Part shown: positions 10,950 through 20,900 of the stretch, piece after piece
How positions within the stretch are numbered: position 1 is the first letter of the stretch
How the letters are laid out: the number at the start of each line of letters is the position of its first letter
Assembly (NCBI GenBank): GCA_004764695.1
Contig: SMSO01000031.1
Coordinates: forward strand, 4,998,436-5,062,435
Direction: 5' to 3'
DNA from: Schizochytrium sp. TIO01
Lineage: Eukaryota; Protista; Bigyra: Labyrinthulomycetes
DNA: 64,000 bases
Notes under the pieces: model-generated
What the model was told of the DNA's origin: nothing
Database searches by the model: none
The model's input: the letters and a program-made list of their open reading frames with translations, nothing else
Program-made: the position numbers and the translations under genes

Positions 10950-13900
10950 TTAGACTAACAAAACGAGGGCTCGCATATCTTCAAGCTTTTTGATGATTTC
11001 AGCTGGGGTTCGGTCAAGCTCCTTTGCAACAGCATCTTGTTTGTCTGTTGGAAGAATCTTGAACTGCTCACAAAGCATGCCGTCCACAACCCCCTTGACA
11101 GGAGTGAAACATGAGCGGAAGGCAAGGTGGTCTCGGCCGACCAAACTGAGATCATCCAAGGCACGAAGGTGCATTTCCAGAAGGGAGAAAAACTCGACGT
11201 CTCCCTTCGTAGCGAAGGGCACAAAACATCCAACCGATCCCATAGCTGTACTGTAAATGAGCGCTTCAGAGCGACCCTGGACGATGCAAGCTTTTTTCAA
11301 ACTTGTAATAAGGTCGCCCAAATAAAAGTTAGTCAAAGCATCAAGCTTATTTGGCGCACCACCACTATTACGAGTTTGCTCCCAAAGATTAGCTGTGCGA
11401 AGAGCACCAAGGTCGCTCGCATCGAGATCTGCTGGTACACGTAGCACAAAAAAATTACCAAGCTTATCAGATCCCGCAACTGTATCATAATCAAGAACCT
11501 CGGTGGCCACTGAAAGACGCGGAACGATATCATCAGCTACAGACGCCAAGGTTAGTTCCGCAGCAGAAAATTTAAGCACGGTAGAACTCGCAGCAGCGTC
11601 ACTAGCAAAAATTCGATCCCCACGAGAATGCAGGCTGCAGATAGTGGTCTGGCCAACACGAAGCTCAGTCTTTCGTAATAGCTTGCGCGATCCAATACTG
11701 TAAATACGGACAACTGCACCAATACCTACAGCAACAAATTCGCTAGAGAGAGTGCAGATAGCACGTGGCATTCCCTGGCCTTCAACCTCAGTCACGTGCA
11801 CAAGCTCGAGCTTCAGCAGGTTACTAGTTCCAGAAGGAACAAACTTAAAAGTCCGCAGACGAGCTTTACGGTGGCGTTGAGGATGGAGCTCGAGGCCAAC
11901 AACTGTACCAACAACTAAAGCATCCCCAATAACTGTGCAACACAATGCCACTTCGTCCTCGTCAAGTGGAACGGTAGTAGACAGGGTAGAAGCAGGGTTG
12001 ATGACCCGAACGAGACTCGCCCATCGGCCAGTATTACCTTTTCCAGCCTTGGGGAGTCCTGTTTGCTGAATGGTTACTGCTTTGGCAGCACGAACCTCCT
12101 CTTCGTCCATGTTTTCATCGTCGTCATCATCCTGCATGGCATGAGTCTCGATGCCATCATCCTTCTGAGGCAATACGTTATGGTCGCCTTCAATGGTAAC
12201 AAGGTTATTACGATAGCGCAGAAGTCCGCGAGGTGTGTAACGCAGTGGAATTGTCTTGGCATTAAAGTCTGAGGATAGATCCTCAATAGAAAGGATTTGC
12301 AAAGTTTCGCCGGCAATAGCAACAAAGCCATCACAGATTTCTGACTCAAAGCTACTTGCATGTGAAAGTTGACGGTATGAGAGTGGCACCAGTTTAGACT
12401 GTCCATGATGGGAAAAGACAAGTGCAGGTCGGGAAGAAAGAGCGAGCATTCCAATCTGGCGTTTTTCCTCTTCAGGATCATTGGAGTCGAGAGGGAGTTG
12501 TACGGGGAAGCAGCGAACAGGTGTGTTGCCTAGTACACTGGTGCGGGAGTCTGTAACCTTTCCAGTGTGCTCATTGACCTGAGAACGGACAAGCACACCT
12601 GAACGTAAGCCAATTGATAGAGTGAGACCAGCGTTCTCCAGGTACACTAAGCAAATTGAGGAGGGTTGGTCCGGGAGTGCTTGTAAGGAAAGCTGCTTCA
12701 TCTTCGAATCTGCTTGCAGAGAAAGCATCTCCACAGTGTTAGAGAAAGTGCCAACACAGAGAAAGTTGCTACGAGTTCGGCCAGCAGGAAGAGCTCCAAT
12801 CTCAAGGCACTTGACATCTTCACCAGACTCATGTACTGCAGACTCAACCATGGAGCCAGCCTCATTGAGCTCAAAGTAATGAATGCGACCACCTTCAAGG
12901 GCGACGGCGAGCTGGCGTTCATTGATTGCGGCACAGTCAATATTTTTACCGGGAGGGGCAGAAAAGATGCGCTCGGAGCTTCCATTTTTGGCAAGGTGTA
13001 CGCCATCACTGCAAACCTGGATGATACCTCCTGAGGCACAGCGTTTGACGGCCAGCGTTTGTTTAGATGTGATGAGACCCGTGTTGGTTGCTTCTTCAAC
13101 AGTTTCCCCAACAGCAAGGACGAGTGTGACGTTGGCAAAACTCACAACAATATACTTGTCTCCTTGACTTTGGTCTTCGGCGCGCACTGTCCACACAGCG
13201 CTCGGGTTACCCGGCAGCTGAGATGAGGCCATCTCTGTGACTTCCAACCCATAGCGCATTACACGCACAGAGGATCGGCTACCTCTTCCGCAAGCCAAAA
13301 ATATCTGTTGTCTATCTTCCCCAAACATTTCCTCCACCTGCATACCAGTGCAGGGTGAAAGTGAGTCGAGGGCATCTACAAAGTGGAATGTTGCGATGGG
13401 GGCGCGGGTCAAAGGTGGGGACCACAAGGGCGCTGGTGGACGGCAGTACAGCCGGGGCTGCGTAATCGGGGCTATCAGGCTTAATTCTAACTGCAGAAGC
13501 CCGCGCGGTATCTTCATCAGCGCCAAGCTTCGCAGCAAGCTTGTACAGCTTGTGTCCTCCGCACTCCGAAGCGAGAAAAAGAAGGCCTCGACGCGTGAGG
13601 CATAGCGAGCGAGCGACTGGAACCGTGTCAAAGTATTTGATGGAGAAGTTATTGAGCGTCTGACGATCCTCAGAGAGGTCCAGATCGAGCCTGTACAAGT
13701 CGCCATATTCGTTTTGTAAGATAAAGAACATGATGACCCTGTCCTTGATTTTGCGGTGCGTGAGTACGTGCGATACCATGAGCACGCCCCTGTCGGCAGG
13801 CACATCGTTTCTGCGTGGTACCGCGAGTCTAAGAAATCCTTCTGTGTTCTCGACGCCGTTGGTCTCCACCTTTAGCGGTTGGTACTCAATCCACCCATCT

Positions 13901-14622
13901 CCGCAAACCAGGAGTCCTCCTGGCCCGTCCGCGCCCCCAGGCACAGGCACAATCAGATTAGCAGACCTGAGTGTGGGTCGCACTGCCTTCCGCACAACGT
14001 GGTTCAGGCCCTCCTCGACCTCATACAGCACAACTGTCTTGCGTGGTTCTGCCGCCGAGTAGGTGACCTCGAGACAAGCAAATACCGGGTTATCCAGACC
14101 CACGTGAAGTGCCTCGCACGCAAATGTAAGTGTTTCCTGTTTGTTAGCCTCCAGCGGAGATGCCACAACTAGATTCTCCTCGTTGTCCCGCGTGACCATG
14201 TACACTAACTTTTGCTTCTCCACAGCAGCCACCATCACGGCACGTCCACTCGGATCTGATGCAACGTACTGGCCAGCGACGGCTCTCCGACACCCAGACT
14301 TGCCAAACTTCTCGCCGCGCAGTTTTGAGAAGTGTCCACTCTTGCCGTCAAAGCAGAGCACCGACAACTGGCCAGAGTCAGAACCAACCGCCAAAAGGTC
14401 TCTACTCGAACCCACAGGACGTAATGCACACATGCTTCGAATTACACCGAAAGCCTCATCCACGCACACAGACTCCAAACCGCCAGCGCCGGCGCGTAGT
14501 AGCTCGAGGCGAGAGCCATGGTTCACGACGATCTCATGAGACTTGGAGCCGCCGCTGAAGTTACCATAGATGGCGCCGGAGGCACCGCCGCCTGCGGCGA
14601 GGCTTAAAGCGTAAAGGTGCAT
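10950..14622 (-). CDS. SF3B3: Splicing factor 3B subunit 3 (SAP130/Rse1), ~1223 aa, interrupted by a single +1 frameshift near 13380-13389
   Basis: The N-terminal ORF has MHLYALSL..AIYGNFSG, FGKSGCRRAVAGQYVASDPSGRAVMVAAVEKQKLVY and VPGGADGPGG. The C-terminal ORF has DSLSP..ACGRGSRSSVRVMRYGLEVTEMA, LPGNPSAVWTV, GRDHLAFRS and VKGVVDGMLCEQF..ELDRTPAEIIKKLEDMR. The joined length matches typical SF3B3. Confidence 0.95.
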
Positions 14623-15099
14623 CGAGGAGGGTCGAGTGTGTGCGGAAATATGCAGGAAAGCTGCGGCCGGAGAGAGTACCGAGACTCACCTGAGTAGAAG
14701 GAAACAGACGCCAATAGAGAGACGTGCAGGTGATGATGTTGAAGTTGATCCAACAAAGGAGGAGGAGAGTAAAAGAAGAGTAGCAGAGAGGGAGCGTCTG
14801 CTGAAGGAGATGGATCGTGAGTGCACCGCAAAGAGACGACGATCTGCAGCAAGCAGGCGTCTGTCTCGCCAGAGGCGGCGGGAGTTTGCTGGCTGGCGCT
14901 TGCGATCTCAACTCACCTAATTCATTCGCGATCCTCTTTATTTCCATCTATTCATAATAAACAAAACAACTGTATACTGCTCCTACCAGCACTCCTATGT
15001 ACCCTCTAGGACCTAACCTATCATACTACTATATGAGACTACTCTACTATCTTTCTATCCTATCCATCTATCAATAGTAAGAGAAAAGCGATTGTACTT

Positions 15100-15142
15100 A
15101 AAGAAAGAAAGAAAGAAAGAAGAAAGAAGAAGAAAGAAAGAG
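15100..15142. repeat. (AAAG/AAG)n purine-rich low-complexity tract
   Basis: Direct reading: aagaaagaaagaaagaaagaagaaagaagaagaaagaaag. Confidence 0.75.
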
Positions 15143-15284
15143 AGGGACAATAAAAGGCCTATCCTGCTACTATTTGCATATACGTCTATATATATATGTG
15201 GTCTAAGATTCAGTAGGAGTGGCTATGGAGGAGTACTGATAGGCGTTAATAAGGCTCCTTTACCTAATTTATAAAAAGAATGGC

Positions 15285-15308
15285 GGTTAGGTTAGGTTAG
15301 GTTAGGTT
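15285..15308 (+). repeat. (TTAGG)4 interstitial telomere-like pentamer tract
   Basis: GG-TTAGG-TTAGG-TTAGG-TTAGG-TT read directly. Confidence 0.8.
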
Positions 15309-17931
15309 TCTGATGAGGATAGGGAGTGATGAAGGAAATGGCATTCGCTATGAGTGATGGGCTTTCACTCCCAAGTTGCTGAGAGAGGTTTTAACTTATT
15401 ACCTACCTCTGAGTAGTGGGAGTACACTCTAAATGGGTGAAAGTAGTCGATACCTGCTCGATTCTTTGTTTGGGTAAAATTTGAGTCAAATCAATCACTC
15501 ATAGCTGAAAACTGAACGAAGGGTAGCCAGAAAGTGGAGTTAGTTGTAAAAACAATGTTTCTATGCTCAAATCGGGTGCTATTGATGACGGTGCTGATGA
15601 TGATGATGATGTTTGAATTCACTCGCGAACTCTTTGCAGAGATGCTGTCTTGAGAGATGCTGTAAGGGAGAATTCTTGCCTATAAGTAGCAGCCTGTGTT
15701 ATAAAATTAGACAGTAAGCGATCTGCTTTAATGTGTCTACAGGAGTTTAGAGCGAGCTAGGTTCTTTGCTTTCGTTTCCTATGCTTTATCCTTCATGAAT
15801 TTCCAAAGTGCAAAAAACGAGAACTAGCCAGCCTATGCATAGTAGAATTAGCTGAGTTACTTCAATTGAATAATCCATACGTAGTATTAAGGGTTGACGT
15901 GAGTTTTTTTCCCAAGTAAAAGAATTGAGTGGGTAGGTTAATAGTTACTATTAATTTTGTAGTACGAATGTCGTTCTCAGACGAGCCAGCGTGTGGGGAA
16001 ACGAAGTTACATGTACCTACCTACCTGCTACCTAGACTTAGGAGCGGGAATGTTGCTTTTCAGTTCCTTTTCAGTTGCTCTTTAAGCTGACGAGAGTACC
16101 TTTGTCTGCGTTGAGTATGCGCCTTTCCTGTCCACAGTTTAATTAAATAAGCGTAGAACTTGACTGTTTAAAAGAGTATAACTTGAAAGGGAGGGAAAGT
16201 TCGCGCTAATTGCCCTGCGATCCGTATGTTTGCTGCTATGCGGGATCAAAATCAGAAAGGAAGTTGGTTCAGACTCTTTATCGTTAAAAACAAACTTAAA
16301 ATTGGAATTTGTTCTCTCATTTGCCTTCTTTTTTTTTCTAAAGAGAAGTTATCATACTAAACTGACAGGTACATTCAACTGGCAAAAGTGAGCGTGCACA
16401 AGTCGAAGTCCAGTTTGTTCAAGTTATTTACACAATCACGTAAACACGCGTATCTAAATCGCAGATACGGTGAATCTCATCTATGCATCAAAGTTGGCGA
16501 CGGAACCATTTTCATGAGCAGGGACCTTGAAACACGCACGCGTGCATTCAGGTTGCTGGGCCCTCATGCATAAAAATTGGGCCCGTTTAACAATTTTAGA
16601 AACGATTCTATTATCGATTGATTCGCGGCAGGGGGTAGCGACAAGGTCTTTACTATTTTTGCGCTGGAAATTAATTTGCATGACTTGTTAGTGCATCTAA
16701 TGGTCTTTTGTTTTGTTATCGTGGCTTTTCACGAGTAACACAGCATGGCTGAGCTCGCGAGCCAGCTTACATCAAGGACGGCACCTCGATTTCTCCTGTA
16801 CACAAACTACGAGTTTAGAATATACTAATATGTACTTACAAGTGGAAATTGGCGTGCGCCAACTTACCCAGAATGCACGACCACACCAGTCATGTTTAGA
16901 GAATGGAAGCTTCAATTTACTGTATGTGGCATACAATGAAGCAGTTATTACCAACCTCTAGTGGTAGGACTAGTATCACGCGAAGTTGCATTAACACCCT
17001 GAAACTTATTCCAAATATCAAAACTTTTCCTCGTGGTGTATATGTTTTTTCAGATTGTTTTTTGCTACATTTACAGAGTGAGAAATGTATTTTTCTTGAG
17101 TTGTGCAGGATTGAGTGTAGCTACTGTAAGTCACCAATAGGAAATTTCTACTTTACTGGGTACTTCCAGGTGTGAAATGAAGCTTCTGCGAATGAAGGTA
17201 CTACCAGCGCGAATTGGATTCAGTCCATACATACATCATAAAGCGGCAATATACTATCATAATAACTCTCTTTGTTCTAACCTAAGAACCTTTCTGAGGT
17301 GTCAATAAGATAAATTTGTTTAAGAAGCTAATCTTAAACCCTAGCTTCTTAAGTCGAAAAGTAGCTCCCCCAGTATGCGCCTCTTCATAAATGAGTTTAA
17401 ACAACAAAAAACGATGGGCTGCTTAATTGCTTAAGCACGACACTTCAAGATACATCTCCGCAGCTTCGTATAGCTGATTTCAGATTTTAACACTTTTTTT
17501 TCAAGAAAGGGATTCTATGAGTTTAAAATTTGTACAATTCTTGGTTCTAGTTTGCTAGTTTGTTTTTCAGGCCTTGCGCACTCACGGTAGATTTTATCAT
17601 AACTAGATGGATTGGAATGAAAGGTCTGCTGCTATAATCTTACTTCAGTTGCTTCGGAGTGTTTAATTGGGATAGGCTGTTCACAAATCACGTCGTGAAC
17701 TAGTATGAATATCAGGAAAGGAATAGTCGTATACTTCATTGTCCGTGCTCCAACTCATTCAAGAGAGGGAGAGAAGTAACTACTAGCAGAAATGCTAGCA
17801 AAGTGCTGACTTTTTTAAATGGCCGCAGTGAACAAAATCAAAACAGCAAACAAAACCGAAACATTAGTTCGGCCAAAAAGTTAGATAAGAGATCTTTTCC
17901 CAGACTGACTGATAATAAGCAAAAGAGATAA

Positions 17932-20900
17932 ATGTCTCCTTGTACTGCCTTCGGCTGGGCCCTACAGTTGTTCTCTGCCTTAGCTCTTTTTCAGATATGT
18001 TCTGGTTTAAGCGGTATTCCTTCCCAGAATGTCTACATTGATTCCACTCTTGGTTGCACTCGTCTAGGCTCACCGTCCAACTTACCTAGTTCCAGTGCAA
18101 CTTTGACAACAGGCTCCGCTAATGACTGTAGAGCAGCTTGCCTTTCACGATGGAAAAAATCTTGGAGGAGAGGATTCAGTTTTACAACAGGCAATCAAAA
18201 TTACAACATGTGCAGCAAGTACTACAGCTCTGCCACATGCACGTACGATGAGCCTGACCCAGAACGGCATGACAAACCTCTTACGAAAGCGTGGTCTATT
18301 TCACCATGCTTTGATATTAGTGGCACGCAAAGCGTTCTTGAGACAACTTACTCTGGGAATCTAGGACTTTCACACCAGAATTGGGTTGATTCTCAGAGTT
18401 TTAGCAAACACAACAGTGGCGCAAGTTTTTACAGTGCCGACTTTTACATGTCTTACTTCAAACTCACGCAACGTTCTTCTCCGTCTCTCTGCACGCATAT
18501 AGCCAACCCCAGCAGCACAGACGTCGACATATGTCTATCCTGGACATACGATGGCAGTCAGTCAAGCAAGAATTGCAAAGTATTCAGCACCCCTCTAACA
18601 TCACTTGATGCACTCAAAGAAACCGTCACTAGTACATCGCGTATCTCGCAAAACATGTTTTGTACTGAGGATGAGGATGACAGTGAGATGGCGGGCAGAA
18701 TAGTGGCAATTCAACTATCACAAGGATGTATAGAAGAAAATCATTCGTTTGACATCACCAATCTAGGCTTTACAGAAAATATGACAAGTCCGCATGAATG
18801 TCGGCGAAGTTGCCAAAGAGACAATAACTGCAAAGTGTGGACAATGTCCGAAGGCCGTTGTTATCACGGAGAAACAAAGCATATGGCAAGCTACTATTCT
18901 AATAGTACTTTCGTTATTGGTACTCGTATGTGCCCGACGTGCTTCAAAGGGTTCTATATCCCCCAGGGTCTCGCAACAAACAGTAAATCTGATGCGTGTA
19001 TGGGTTGCCCCAAAGGGTACAAATGTCCGCAAGGGCAGCTCCTTCCATGCCCAGCAAATTCTTTTTGTGGAAATATTAGCACTGTTTTAGAAGCCAACTA
19101 CGGCACTAGTAGTGATACGCGTTGCCCTATAGATCGCAGTGGTGTTGGGTGTCAGCATCATGTATGTGAGAATTCAAGACTTGGTAAAGAACTGGTTGCT
19201 ATGTCCTTTGAAGATCCCGTGAATTTTTTTAACGATGTGAACAAATACAATATGGACAAAGTGTCGGTGAAGCAGGTAATACAGAATGTTGGAAGCGATG
19301 GCTATGGTGAATTGGCTATTCAAATCAGTTTCACACATAGCATTTTGCCTGATACCATTTCAAACTTTATTGGTAATATGGAGTATCAAGGCAATATAAT
19401 CCAGGGCGTAGCAGTGAATAAGAACAACGATCAATGCGGCACCTATGACTCATGGACATCATCAGTCAATATTCCTGTTCCAAATACAGCCGGCATTGGG
19501 GATATTGTCCGGTTACAAGATTGGGAAATGCATTGGTCGTCAAATTTACCTTTCAGCTTGGATAACTGGTTTCCTTCTGTCAACAACCCAATCACGCTTG
19601 ACCCAGCCTCTATTCCAGAAGCAGATTGCTCTCACACAATATCGTTCGTGGCTCAAACGAAAATCTCAGTGACTCCGCTTGGCAGCGCGCAGGGGCGACC
19701 CTTTGTCACGATTTACTATACCATTGCAGACGATGACTCTATCCTCTCAGCGACCACAGATGCGGAAGGCAATGTTGATATTGAGATTACTGATACGTCG
19801 ACTTTGGAGCTCACATCATCTGTTACTATTGTCGCAGCGAACAGAAGTGGGTTTGAGTACGATGTGAAGATGTGCCCACAAGATTTAGCCTCATGTTCCG
19901 CCTCCAACTATGTTAGTTTTCCGCAAACTATTACTTTAGAGCATCTGAGATCCTATCCGCTCGCATTTGTTGATGCAAATGTTCTCAACATCCAAGGCAA
20001 AATGACTACTCTTTTCGGAGTAGTGCCGTGTGCGTCATCTGGTGTTTTCGTAACAGCAATCGATACAAGCGTTGATCCTGCAATCGTGTTGGACTCTACA
20101 ACCACCGAAGCAGACGGAGCGTTCTCGTTGGCTGTCCCCAGTACTACTGTAAGCCTGCGCTTCGGTATTGCTCAAGATCTTATATCCCCTAGTTCTTCTG
20201 CACTTGAAGATGAACGAGTTGCCGAATTGCTTAGTGAGTCAGGCTATGTGATGAAAGAAACAATTTCTGGGCTGTCAATTCAAGATACAAGAACATCAAC
20301 ACTTACGCTGGATGCAGCCGCAACAGCATGTGGATATTCAATCGGGGATCTAGACATCAAACTGACAGTGAAATCCTGTCCCGGGATTTCTTTCTCCCGA
20401 TCAGCCTCTGGTGATGTTGACTCCTGGGATGTTCCATCTATGGAGTACATTTTTGATCTTGAGTTCGCAAATAATGACACAGATTTGAGAACTGCATATG
20501 AGAGACTCTACCCTAATGAGAACTACCGCGAAGTGAGCTTGACGAGTGGCGATGCTACAGTTGAAATGATCTTTCAGCCAGTTCCAACTCTGTTGACAAA
20601 AGTTGATCCCGTAAAGGCGCTTCCATTTTCTACATGTAGCCGAGGAGTGTTGCCCTTCGATCATATCGTTGAAGGTAACTCAGATCTTGCAATGCAAGTC
20701 ACTTTTCAGCAAAACTTCACAGACAATTATGGAGTCACAAAGACATGTACCAAGCTTCCCGAAGGGGCTTCTGTTATCGTTAGTAGTAGGCTTGCACCTG
20801 AAGATACAAATGTTTGCGAATGGGGTTCTTCATGCTCATTTAAGGTGGAGACTAACAATGGAGACAGTTCTGTTACCTCCATCCGTACCTATGTGGGTGA

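Noticed and set aside
13390-13805. N-terminal ~139 aa of the 951-aa track ORF as real protein sequence
   Set aside because: It is an off-frame reading of SF3B3; homology lies in the other frame until ~13389.
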